From Bilabrum cf. latius (lineage: Eukaryota): 64,000 nt of DNA. The notes beneath the pieces were generated by a model that had not been told where the DNA came from, made no database searches, and saw only the letters and a program-made list of their open reading frames with translations. The position numbers and the translations under genes were made by a program. This document shows, piece by piece, positions 50,761-62,480 of this stretch (within the stretch, counting starts at the first letter, position 1; each line of letters starts with the position of its first letter). The DNA lies in assembly GCA_965178125.1 (NCBI GenBank), contig OZ237764.1, positions 62,001 through 126,000 of the forward strand, in the 5' to 3' direction.

Positions 50761-53700
50761 ATGCGCCACTGCGGTGTCATTGATCTTCTTTGTATTCTTA
50801 AGCTTAGATGCATCGCGCGCGGTGTCTGCTCCAGTTGACCTGCTCGCGCTGAACGACATCGCCGCAGTTTCGCGGAGATTGCTAGTTCGCGGGGAAGCAG
50901 GAGCAGCGGTCGAGGCGGCAGCCAAGGCATTAATTGACACCAGAGTGTGCTAGACTAGTGTTACTCGAATCAGCCATGCCGGTCGCCCAGGATCTTCGGC
51001 GATCGAGCGCACGAGCGTGGATTGTTCGGGTGCAGGCACCCCGTCCTCCCTGGCGCTCGTCCCTCTGCAGCACCGGTCCGCCGTGTCCTCGCTCCTCTCC
51101 ACTCTAGGGGTCGCGCTGCACAGGGCCCACTAGACAGTGGCCGCTGCACCAATTCTATTGGGCGCCGCTCGATTCTCCGGCTGCAGCTGGCAGGACTGGG
51201 CAAACGCCGGCGATGTTTACCTCATGGCCCTGCGGCCCGGGCCCGCCCTCTCTTGCTTCCGACAGGCCCTGCTGTGCTGCGATCGGGCGCTAGATCAAGG
51301 AAAAGACCCTTCGAGGGTAGAGCCGGGCCGCATGCGCGTGCTGGGCAAGCTGCACAAGGCCAGCGGATGGTCTCTAGACTGGGGGCAGCGGGAGGGGCTG
51401 GGCCTGTCGCCGGATCGGCAGATTGCACGGTACTTGAAGAGGCTGTCTGCCAGCGCCAGGTCCAGGTCCAGGTCCAGGTCGAGGCTCAACCCGGATTCGA
51501 CACTTTGGCTGCTGCTTGGCGTCCGTCGTCACACCAACGACACCGCTGCTGCCCGCGAGGCCAGCGAGCAGCGCGCGGTCGGGGTGATCCTGCAGCAGAC
51601 TGGGGGCTGCACCGGGCTGGCGGCGCTGGGGGAGTGCGCGGGCTGGGGGGCGCCGGACCGCCGCAGCTCCATGCTGGCTATCCGCATGGCCAGGCGGTCT
51701 TGTTCCCTGGGGAACACGCTGTAGGTCGGGCTCCAGGACCGCGCCCTCACCGCCACCGCCGCGCGTGCCTCACCTGCACCTGCACCTGCACCTGTGGCCG
51801 TCCTCCCTCCTCCTGCCGGCTCCTTCCCCAGCTCTGCCGACCTGCATGGGCTCGATCCCGTGCTGGCTGCGGCGGCGGCTCACAGCGAGCCACTGGTGCG
51901 GGACGATGCACTCGTCACGCCGGCTGCCGAGCTGCGGTGCGGTGGGATTGCGAGCACGAACGATCCGACGGGTGCACCTCGAGGAAGTTCTTACGCGCCC
52001 GTGCGGCTGCCACGGTTCGGCCTGCCTTTCGTGCCTCTGCTGGATGGCAGGGGAATAGGCGGGGGCGGGGTCAACACAACCGGGACAAGTTATGGATCTC
52101 GCGGTCGGACCGGGTCATACCCCCGCAACCTGTCCGTTGGGTTTCTGTCGTCCGACTTCGGCGTGCACCCCGTGGCTCAGCTGGTGCGGGGGGTCATCAG
52201 GGACTTGGCGGCTTCTGGGTGTGACGAGTGCAGTGGGCCCCCGTGCGAGAGTGTCGCCCTTCCGCTCAAGCAGGCGGACTCTTGGTGGGGCCGGGCCATT
52301 GCTGAGGAGGCGACAAGGGTCGTCCGGCTGTGGGATGCTGATGAGGAAGCGGATCGAGATGGTGGTGGGGCGGGCGGAGCTGATCCTGCGGCGAGCAGGG
52401 GCGATGGCAAGGGCGATGGCGAGGGCGGGCATCACCCGAGCAGTGCCTGGCAGCAGGTGCAGCGCATTGCAGGGGAGGCAATCGACGTGCTGATAGAACT
52501 CAACGGACACACGATGGGCAGCGGGCTTTCTCTACTGGCGGCTCGGCTGGCGCCTGTGCAGGCCACCTGGCTGGGCCACTGGCAGTCCACCGGTGGACTG
52601 GACGTGGACTACTTCCTGGCAGATGCGGACACAGCCCCCCCTGACGTGCTCGTCACACCATCGGGCCGCGGAATCACCGAGGGTCTGGTGCTGCTGCCGC
52701 TGCCCTCACTCTTCAACGACTACGCCTCCGCACAGAGGCATGTCGCGCTGCGTGCGGGTGCATTGCATGCAGGTGCGCAATGGCGCGGAGCCAGCAGCCA
52801 CTCGGATCCTCTGGGCATTGCCTGCCGATTGCAGCTGAGGCGCAGTGAATCGCGGGGCGTAGGTGTGTTGGCGTCGGCATCGGCATCGCGCGGCGATGTG
52901 CGAGGTCTGGACGAGGCGTGGAGGGAGGGCAGGTGGGCGGCGCTGGCCGAGCTTTTGGCTCCGGATGGGACTGGGACCGGGTACATGCAGCCCTAGGGCT
53001 AGGGCTAGGGCTAGTCATTGCCACAGCCAGTCGCTGGGGGCCAGATGCCGCTGGGACTCAGGCTCGGTGTGGAGTGGGCGCTCCGGTCGCAAGAGCAAGA
53101 GCAAGACGGAGAGGGGGGCTATTACGGCGCAGATGATGGCCCGTCTGAAACCGATGGCCGCTCTCCTGCTCCACATCCCTGGGTGGTGCTGGCAACATTC
53201 TGCGGGTTCGGCAAGTGGACCCCTGCCGTGGTGGACGCATGGGCGGCGCTGCTGCGGTTGCAACCTAGATCCGTGCTGTGGGTGCCCCGGCACGCGGGCT
53301 GGGAGGAGGCGGGGCCCCGTGCCAGAGCCGAGCTGGAGGCGCGCGGGGTGGCGGGGCACCGCCTGCTGCTGGTCCCCAAGGCTGCGTGGCTGCAGCACAT
53401 CGAGGCCAAGGGAGGAGCCACCGACCTCGCGCTGGACACGGCGGCCAAGAACGGACACACGAGCTCGCTGGATGCGCTGTGGGGAGGGGTTCCACTCGTC
53501 ACATTGCGGGGGCAAGGCATGGCCCAGCGGCTGGCCGGCAGTATGGTAGACAACGCTGTCCCGTGGCCTAGTTCGACTGGGCTGGGAACTCGGCCGTTGG
53601 CAGATCGAGGAGGACGAGGAAGTGGAAGGGGGGACGGGAGCGGCATGCAGGTTGCGTCTGCCCCTGGCAAGCTCACGGGGTCCTCCCTGCCCGTCTCCTC

Positions 53701-54190
53701 CTCGCCTCTGGCCATGCACTCGCTCAGGAGCTACGAGAGTGCGGCCAGTCGACTGGTGCAGGGCGGCTCACGGGGTGCCTTCCTGCTGGGGGCCATGCGG
53801 GCCAGGATTGAAGGGGCCAGGCGGCCGGCGACAGGAAACCAGGGGTCCCGGGATCACGGTAGAGCAGGCAGTGAGCGACTCCAAGGGGCAGAGACGGGAG
53901 TTGGTGCATGCCCCGCCAGGGCCAGGCTGGCGGGGGGAAGCGGCGGGGGCGCGAGGGCGACCCTCTTCGACCAAGGGCTGCAGGCAGAGGCGCTGAGGAG
54001 GGCAGCGGCTGCCATGGTCGAAGCAAGCAGCTGCAGGCAGGTTGATACTGGCAATCGCGGCCACAAGGGCGGGTCTAGTGAGGCTAAGGACGGGCATGCA
54101 GTGCGGGGAAACCAGCCGAGAGCCAAGCGCTGGCAAATCATAGTCGCGCCTCAGCTCCGAGCAGACGGCTGTACCCGTGAATCGGCCTGA
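50735..54190 (+). CDS. GT41 (OGT/SPINDLY-like) glycosyltransferase with degenerate TPRs and a predicted signal peptide
   Basis: Frame 2 is open (TAG=Gln) from ATG 50735 to TGA 54188. Motifs: LSVGFLSSDFGVHPVAQL, IDVLIELNGHT, APVQATWLG, VDYFLAD, KWTPAVVDAWAALL, DLALDT..NGHTSSLDALWGGVPLVTL. Start is inferred. Confidence 0.85.
52994..53014 (+). repeat. (TAGGGC)n coding microsatellite, QGQGQGQ under TAG=Gln
   Basis: TAG GGC TAG GGC TAG GGC TAG is in frame between the two GT41 catalytic halves. Confidence 0.85.
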
Positions 54191-54514
54191 ACTTGAGCGG
54201 CCGGCGCAGCGGCTTCCATGTGCGTGAGCAGCATTGGGTTGAGCGCAACCGCGCCGTCAAGCAGTGGCCTCAGCATTTCCGTTTGTTTTGCGTTGGTTCG
54301 GGACCATACTCTGCCAGCAACCACTCACAAATACACCACAAACCCTGAGATCAATACTTCCCACGGCAGTCGACGACTACACGACGAACCAAGTGGTCTA
54401 GCAAACCCTCAACCATCACCGACAGCGCTCCAAATTCTGCGCCTGCACCCTTGCGGGTCCAAGCTAGAGCATCGTACGAACCCCCACTAAAGTGCACCAA
54501 ATCAAGTACAACGC

Positions 54515-55191
54515 TCAGGCGAACTCGATGTGCTTGGTGCGCTTAAGGGGCCTGTTCCACCTGATCTTGCACTCCTTGCACTCAAGTCGGATAGCCAAGC
54601 GCTTGGTGGTCTTCGCCTTCTTGTGGAAGATGGGCTTGGTCTGCCCACCATATCCGGACTGCTTCTCGTCGTAACGGCGCTTTCCTGCGAGGAGGTGATT
54701 TGTTGAGCCGGTGCGATTCAAGAGGGATGCATCCCAGCAGCAACGTAGGCAAGTCCCGTCGACCTAGAATCATCGTTGGACGCATGCACGGTTACGATGG
54801 GACCTCGCACGCATCCAAACAGTGATCTAATTATATTTAAACATGGGCGGTGGTGCACTGCCCTCAAAGCATGTCTTACCCTGAGCGAAAAGGGAGGCCT
54901 TGCCCTTGGGGGCCTGGCCGATCTTGCAGGTCGTGTGCTTCTTGCACCTCCGGCAGTGCGTACGCATGGTCTTTGGCATAACCACCTGCACAACAAAATA
55001 GTGGGTGCGCGAGGCAATCAAAGGGCGTGAGAAGCACAATTGGGCCGGAAATAGGCCGCATGAGCAACCGAGCGAGGCCTCATTGACCCCGCACAGCTCC
55101 ATGAGGGGTCAAAGCAGCAATATGCAGCCGAGAACATAATCTATCATGACAGTTTTAGCGTTGGTTAGCACTGCTTGAGCTATCTTACCAT
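54515..55191 (-). CDS. RPL44: 60S ribosomal protein eL42 (L44/L36a)
   Basis: Exons 55191-55189 (ATG only), 54985-54880 and 54684-54515 (TGA). Protein: [60 protein letters not shown]. It contains no TAG codons. Confidence 0.95.
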
Positions 55192-55326
55192 GCTTCCCCC
55201 TGTTCACGAATATATGCTACTCTTAGGCGCACTTGGTGGTGGGCACGATTTGATCCGATCGATATTTGGTTACAACCGCAAGCGAGAGTTGGCGCCGCCA
55301 ACTGCAACCGTACCTTGCCGCAAAGA

Positions 55327-57176
55327 ATGCGGTCAATATTCTGCCTTTTCGCAGCGCTCGCACTTGCTTCTATTAAACATGTATTGGCAGCAGGTGCTGC
55401 CAAGAATGTAATTGTGCTGCTTACTGATGACCAGGTGAGGATCCGGGTCAGTCTGGTGATGCTGTTTTCTTCGAGATAGGCGATTATCTGTGCTGTATGT
55501 CAAATGCATTCGCTTTTTCAATATATTCATTATTCGTTTCTTCACAGGACTACACTCTTGGCTCTTTGGAAACGATGCCGGGCCTGCGATCTCTGGTTCA
55601 GCAGACCGGCCTGACCTTCGAGCACGGGCTTGTCAACACCCCCGTGTGTTGCCCGTCACGGTCGGAGGGAATCACATCTAGATATGGCCATAATCTTTAT
55701 ACCAAGTCTGGTGGCTGCATGTACATGAACTCGAACTCGCCCGAGTGGAAGTCTGCGAACGTCGGAGCGCAAGTCAAGTCGGCCGTCGGCGCGGGAGTGC
55801 GCACCGGCATGTTCGGCAAGTGGCTCAACACGCGCGGATGGTTCTGCGGCAAGAACGCAGACTAGGTGCCTCCTGGGTGGGACCACTTCCAGGCGCTGTG
55901 CACCGGCGATTTCTTCAACCAGACGTACAACGTGAACGGGAAGGAGGTCCCCACGACGGGGTACCAGACCGCCGTGCTGGGCAACGCCACAGTGCAGTTC
56001 ATACGGGAGGCCGTGGGCGCGGGAGACCGCTTCTTTATCTACCTAGCCCCCCACGCCCCCCACATCGCGGACTCCGTGTACCCCTACATCACCCAGCCGG
56101 CGCCTTGGTACGACAACGCCACGCTGTCGCGAGACACGTCCCCCCGCGTGCCGAACTGGAACCACAGCGGCAGCGACCACCACTGGCTGATCCGGCAGCA
56201 GCCTCCGCTGGTCCCCTTCGAGGTCGACTGGAGTGACTCGCTCTTCCGTGCCCGCTGGAGGTCTCTGCTCTCTGTGGACGACATGCTGCGGTCCATCGTG
56301 TCCGAGCTGGTCGCCCTGGGCGAATTCGATGACACTGGGATCCTGTACCAGGCGGACCATGGGTACTCTCTTGGCTCCCTCAGGATGGTCAGCGGGAAGT
56401 GGAACGTGTACGACAATGACGTGCGCATCCCGTTCCTGATGCGCGGGCCGGGGGTGCCTCAGGGGGCGCGCACGGATGCCATCGCCAGCAACATCGACGT
56501 TGTCCCGACCGTCCTTGACTGGATGGGGGGCACGGCACACCCCGACAACGACGGCCGCTCTCTCATGCCACTGGCCCAGGATCTCGACCGCAGGCTGCAG
56601 CAGAGGTAGGCGCTCGAGGCACAGGGCAAGCAGGCAGACCCCGCCTCGGGGCTTGCCCTCCCCGCGCACCTCGACTTGGCCCGCTCTGCGGCACAGGTGC
56701 TGGCCCGCGACGCACCAGGCGGGCCCACTGGGGCCAACGATGTGCCGGGCGGTAGCCTCCCTCTGCTGCCCGCGGGTCCGATGGCCCCCCACGAGACGTT
56801 CTTGATCGAGTACTGGGGCCTCGGCGAGGTCATGAGGGGAGCGCCCACGTCACCCGAGTGCAACCCCCACAACGGGTTCTGCAAGCCGGGGTGCCCTTGC
56901 TACTTTAGGCTGGAGGACACCGCGAACAACACCTACATTGCGGCCAGGAGAGTCAACTCGACCACCAACGTCATGTACGCCGAGTTCTACCCAAACAACC
57001 ACCAGAGCGCCTTCAACACGACCCCGTACTTCAAGGAGCTCTACGACCTGGACAAAGACCCCTGGCAGATGAACAACCTGGCGCAGGGCTCCCAGGCGCC
57101 CCAGGGTCTCATGCAGGAGCTCAGCGACTGGATGCACAGGCAGGTCAAGTGCGCCGGGCAATCGTGCGAGGCGTGA
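55327..57176 (+). CDS. Secreted/lysosomal sulfatase, N-acetylglucosamine-6-sulfatase-like
   Basis: Signal peptide MRSIFCLFAALALAS.. then NVIVLLTDDQ|D across intron 55435-55547. Motifs: TPVCCPSR (CxPxR), GMFGKWLN, LLSVDD, ADHGY, YDNDVRIPF, ELYDLDKDPWQMNNL. TAGs at 55863 and 56607, TGA at 57174. Confidence 0.92.
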
Positions 57177-57384
57177 CAGGGATAAGGGCGTGTTTTTCAA
57201 TTATCCGGATCTCTAGCCGTGGGTGTGGCTGACGTGTGCAGTGCGCCAATGTGTACGAATACTTCGATCTGGTTCAGAAGTGTCTGTGTAATGCGCAGTC
57301 AGCCAAAGGCCATCTGCTCATTAGGGAGACCGATCCATCCAGTTCTCCCACAATCCGGGAATTGGGGTCATCCATCGATCTTCG

Positions 57385-60300
57385 TCACTCTTCCCCGGGA
57401 GCGTCACCACCTGCCGAAGCTACCTCCTGCCCTCGCCGGCGCCGCAACCCTTCATCATCACCTGCCTCCCCGCCCCCAGCGCCATTCCTTTCCTCACCGT
57501 CCACTGCACCCTCCCCAACCCCCCCACCCCCTTCCTAGGTCTCCCGCTCCGCCGCCGCTGCCGCCATTGCCTCCACCTCTGCCCTCCGCAGTGCATCCAC
57601 GGCCGCGGGCTCGCCAGGGAACGGCAGGCCCCGCCTCAGTCGGGCCAGCACCCGCGGGGGCAGCTGCTCTGGTGCCCTCCAGAATGGCAGCAGCGACAAG
57701 AAGAGAGAGGACACGAAGAGCCACGAGTCCCACAGCGGATGGAAGCCGGGCGGCCGCTGCCTCAGCCGCACCGCCGCTCTGTGCTCCGCCTCTCTCCTCC
57801 TCATCGCCGCCTCCTCCTCCCCTTCTCCTGGCTGCCCGCCTCCCTCTCCTCCCCCCTGCCCCGCCCCTGCAGCACCATTGCCGTTCCCTGCCGCCGCATC
57901 CTGCCCTCCCCGGCAGCAGGAGCAGCAGCAGCAGCAGCACCTCCTCATGCAGCACGGACCCAGGCACTCCCCCACGGCCTTCAACGCGCCCGAGTAGGCC
58001 AAGTACAGCACCACGCTCATCACCGTCACAGTCCAGAATCTGGTGCTGGGCGCACCTTGCGCAAACACGAACCACATGATGCCCACCCGCAGCAGCAGCC
58101 CCAGCTACACGAAGCGAAGCAGCCCGCCCTGCTGCTGCTGCAGCTGCTGCTGCTACTGCTGCTCGCCAGCCTCCCCATCCTCACCCTCGTCCCCATTCTC
58201 ATCCTCTGCATCTTCTTCCTCGTCTGCATCGCTCCCGTCATCCTCAACACCTTCACCTTCACCTGCACCTTGCTCAGTTCCTCTCCCAGCATCCTGCTCT
58301 GACGCATCATCGCCTGGGCTGCTTCCTGCCCTGTGTTCGCCACCACTCCCGCTCGGCTCCACCTTCCTCGTCTAGCCTAGCCCAGCCGATCCCTCCTCCG
58401 ATGCAGGCGCACTGGCCACTACTCTGTTTGTCTCTTGGCTGAAACTGACGGACTCGACCCTGGGTCGGCCACCGCCTCCTCTCAAGCTAGTTCCCTCGTC
58501 GGCCGCACCTTCCCCTTCCCCCAACCCTTCCCCGTTGCCCCCGGCAGAGCCAGCGTCCTTGTCGTTGTCGCTGTCGCTGTCGCTTCCCGAGCTCGAGTCA
58601 GAGTCGGAGTCGGAGTCGGAATCCGAGTCAGTATCCGAATCTGAGTCAGTGTCGGTGTCACCCGAAACCTCCGATACCCTCCCTTCGATGTGCCGCTCCA
58701 CCCCCGCGGGTACCGCTCTCACCCCCATTCCCCCGAGAGAGGAGAGGAGAGGGGAGCTGGCAGGCACCCTCAACGGCGTCCTAGGGCTGGCCGAGTCACC
58801 AGCAACCCCTCGCTCCACGTCAACCAAGCCCGCGCTGTGGCCCGCCCCCGCCCCCGCGTACGTGGATGGGCCCATGGACAGCGATCGGACCACGGCAGTG
58901 GGAGGCATCAGACCCGAGCTGGCGCCTGGGCTCAGCAGCCCAGCGGAGTGTGCCCCCGGCCCCATCTGGGTCAGGGCAGCAGTGCCGGGGTCCAGAGCAC
59001 CCATGGGAGACACGCCCGAACTCGCGCGTGCCCTGGCCTGTGGGGGCGAGGGCACGCCGACTGCCTGCTCCAGCGCGGAAGCCTGCAGCAGCAGGTGGTC
59101 TGCCTGCGCCCTCAGCTGCTGGGCCCGCTGGGCGGCAGCCAGCTGCAGGGGCGAGAACCGCTACGCTGCATGTCCGTTGAGTTCTGCGAGCCCGCCGAGT
59201 CCAGCGGCTGCATCCTAGGCAGGGGTGGAAGGGGCACTCCTGGACTCGCCGGATTGGCCACCCACAGGTAGGCCGGTAACCATCACCGACACCGGCCGCA
59301 GCGGAGACTACGTGGGAGTGGAAGCCGCGTGCATCCGAGCCGGGGGCACCTGCGGGCCATGCGAGGGCGAGAGGGGGGGCCTCGAGGAACTGGGGGGTGC
59401 CGCCGCGTCTGAGACTGACCTGCGCTTTCTGTTGGCAAGGTGCTGCTCTGGGCTACCGATAGGCCCCGCGTATCCTGCAGGTCCCGTCTGATTTCTCTCG
59501 ATCCCCATCGTGGCTCCCAGAGCGCGGATGCGCTGAGCAGCTGCGGCTCCTGCCGGCATGGACTTGCGACCGCCCTGCTGCCTCCTCGCGGCATGTGGGT
59601 GCGGCCTGGAGCGCGGTCTCTCGTGCGCGGGCAGCGTGGCTGCGTCCCCTTCCCCCGATGAGCCGGACACCCAGGAGAGGCCGGCCGTCTCTGGCGTGGC
59701 ACCACCTCCGTCCAGGTCGCCAGAGTCGGGCTGGCTAGCATCTGCGGGCATTTGCACGCGCTGCGGGGGAGACATGGAAGCGTTCAGCCCCCGCATGGCA
59801 GTCAGCAAGCCGCCCTCCTCGTGGCCAGTATTGCGGTGGTGAGGGTGGTGCGAGCCAGGGGCGAGGGGCTGGCTCGCGGCTGGAAGGGGCTGCTAGGCCG
59901 AGTTGTGCTCGTGTCCGTGGTCATTTGCGCTGCCAGTGGGCGCCCCTCGCACCGCCACAGCCGCCCTGCCCATCTGCGGGGACCGCAGCGCGATGGGAGA
60001 CCCAATGTCGTCGCCGGGGTGTCCCCTTGTGCCGGCTCCTGTCTGCCCACCGGTCCCATGCTGCCCGTACTGAGTTGGCATGGTAAGGAAAGACGTGCTG
60101 GATCGCTCGCTGCCGATGCTGTGCGCATCCACAGTGTTGAAATGGCCTGGGTGCACCGCTGGAGCCGCAACATGCATGTGGGCAGGGCTACCAGCAAATC
60201 CAGTGGGCGCCGCTCGGACCGCCACAGCCGCCCTGCCCATCTGCGGGGACCGCAGCGCGATGGGAGACCCAATGTCGTCGCCGGGGTGTCCCCTTGTGCG

Positions 60301-62310
60301 GGCTCCTGTCTGCCCACCGGTCCCATGCTGCCCGTACTGAGTTGGCATGGTAAGGAAAGACGTGCTGGATCGCTCGCTGCCGATGCTGTGCGCATCTGCT
60401 GGCCCCGCGCTCGCCTCCCCGCCGCTCTGCTACGACGTCTGTCGCCCTGCGGCGGCGATCTGCATGGGCGAGGACACAGCCCGTTGCATGCCACCGGGTG
60501 TGCTGGGCGTCAGCAGGCGATCGTCTGATCCAGGCACTGACGTAGTTGCGATCGAGGTGTTGGTGCTCGATGCCTGCGTGTCTTGCTGAGCCGCTGCGGC
60601 AGAACTTGAGCTGGAGCTGGAGCTGGAGCCAGAGGCCGACCCGGTGGCAGTGGCAGGCATCGGAGTGGATGCTCCGGACAGGTCCCCAGCGCGACTGTCC
60701 GCGTCGGGCGCTCTGATGCCCCCAGCAGGCTGCATGGAGGGCGTCATCACGCTGGCTCCGTCCTGGGATTGGGGGCCTCGCTCCACGCTTGCGGCGTCCC
60801 CGCTGCTCAAGTCTCTTCCTGCCGCAGCGATGAACGATGCCAGCTGCTGTTCCGCTGACTACCTAGCAGATTGCACCCTCGCAGGTACATGGACGGAAGA
60901 AGCAGCAATGCCCGCGATTTGGGCTCGACCAGTAGACTCGCCCCCGTCTCTGCCTCTGCCTCTGCCTCCATGCTCGTGCTCGTGCCCATCGCCCTTCCCC
61001 TCTTCCTCCTAATCTCGCGGGGACAACAAAGCCCCCTGGGCCGACTGAGCACGAGTCTGCGACCACCCTGCGCGCGCCACTGCGGGATTGGCCAGCCCCG
61101 CCTCGCTGCGAGAGTCATCCGCGCCAGTGCCAGTGGGGGGATGCCCCCCGGGGAACTCACCCTCGCCATGTCCATGTCCAGGTCCATGTCCATGCTCTGG
61201 CTCGTACGCCGCCCCATCCTATCCCCCCGTACCTTGTGCTGCCCGCGCCGCCTCCTCGCTAGCCCCCGCCACCCTTTTGGCCCCCGCCTCTTTTGTGTCC
61301 AGCTCGATGGACCGCTGGGATGGCTGCAACGAGCTCAGCAGCAGCGCATGCATGTCCCCGCGAGGAGCGCTGTCGGCTCGCGACTGGAACACGAGCCTGC
61401 CCATCGGCGCTTGTTGACTCTCTTGTCCGTCTCCTTGCCTCTGTCCGTCCGGCCGCGACACCTCCAGGCCGCTACCCTCGCCCAACTGCCCCTGCCCCTG
61501 CTCGTCCTCCTGCCTGTCCCCGCCGTCCCCGCTCTGCAGCTGGTCCTGGAAGGAAACCCGCCCTTTTGACCGTCTGCGAGCCAACGTCGAGCCTGCAGGT
61601 GTCTTGCTTCCTCTGCTGCTATCGCTGCTGGTGGGCACCTGCCCAGAGGGACTATCCCCGTCATCAACGTCCTGCCCCGCCGGTGGCTCGTGGGGGGTGT
61701 CGGACGAGCGGCCTGAGCCCATGGAGCGCACGGCTGCATCCAGCAGGGGAGTCGCGACGCCGATATCGGAAGATACTGAATGCAGCCGGCCGGCGACGCG
61801 TGGAGATTTGCCGAGGCTGTCTGCGGGCCTCTCGTGCTCACTGGAGGACGATTCTGAGCTGTCGTCTGCATCTAGGTGGTGATCCCCGCTTACTGCTCCA
61901 GTGCTTACACGCCTAGCCATCGAGCCGGGATCTTCCAGGTTAGCATGCTATTCTCGAACATCTGGGGATAGCATGAGGTGGAGAGTTTTTCGACTGGCCT
62001 GCGAGGTGTGGAGCGTTCTGACAATCTACAGCAACCGGTGGCATCCAGCGATTATCTGCATCAGAGCAAGTGGTTTCGGGGCACTGGCAAAGCATCATAC
62101 CTAGATACGTTTTAGTGGCGTTGTGTCATCCCCACTAAGCTCCGCGCCACCCATCAGCAGTCGAAATGCTGCAGGCTCCAAAGGCAAGGGCAACACGGGG
62201 TGCTTCTCTGCTACTTGCTATCGAATTGTCGCAAGCGTCGAGTCACTCGGCACCTCGATGTGGAAAGAGCCTTTCTCCTTGTTGTAGACGTCGATCACCT
62301 GCACTCTCAT
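57385..62310 (-). CDS. HERP/Usa1-like protein: N-terminal ubiquitin-like domain, long disordered linker, C-terminal TM region
   Basis: ATG 62310 begins a UBL-like sequence (MRVQVID..FHIEVPSDSTLATIR[TAG]QVAE..DDTTPLK..KTLHLML). Intron 61999-62100. A single frame with TAGs runs to TGA 57385. C-terminal hydrophobic segments: LLLRVGIMWFVF..VVLYLAY and WLFVSSLFLSLLP. Confidence 0.65.
59933..60396. repeat. ~197-bp near-identical direct repeat (59933-60129 and 60200-60396), period 267 bp
   Basis: The copies are nearly identical. The period equals 89 codons, so frame is preserved in the minus-strand CDS. Confidence 0.9.
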
Positions 62311-62480
62311 GTCATATATTGTGAATATCCACGGCCCAGTGTACACGTTGCGTGCTCTTTCACGCATCATCCTGGTCAAATCGGATCTGTTGCGTGCTCC
62401 GCTCTGCATCCCAACTTCGTTCGTCTTGGAGGCAGCTTCCTTCCATAGCTACTTACTTTGCAATTGCATCTAGGATCGAG

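Noticed and set aside
52994-53014. Telomere-like TAGGGC repeat
   Set aside because: It has only 3.5 units and lies in frame inside the GT41 CDS. It is better explained as a Gln-Gly microsatellite like the other hexamer runs in the window.
12934-57176. Glycan-related gene cluster (GMD, sugar transporter, GT41, sulfatase)
   Set aside because: The genes are dispersed over more than 40 kb among unrelated housekeeping genes, with no evidence of functional clustering.
3712-57384. Suppressor tRNA-Gln(CUA) or other RNA gene in the intergenic gaps
   Set aside because: No cloverleaf or A/B-box pattern was recognised by eye. tRNAscan-SE on the whole genome is needed.
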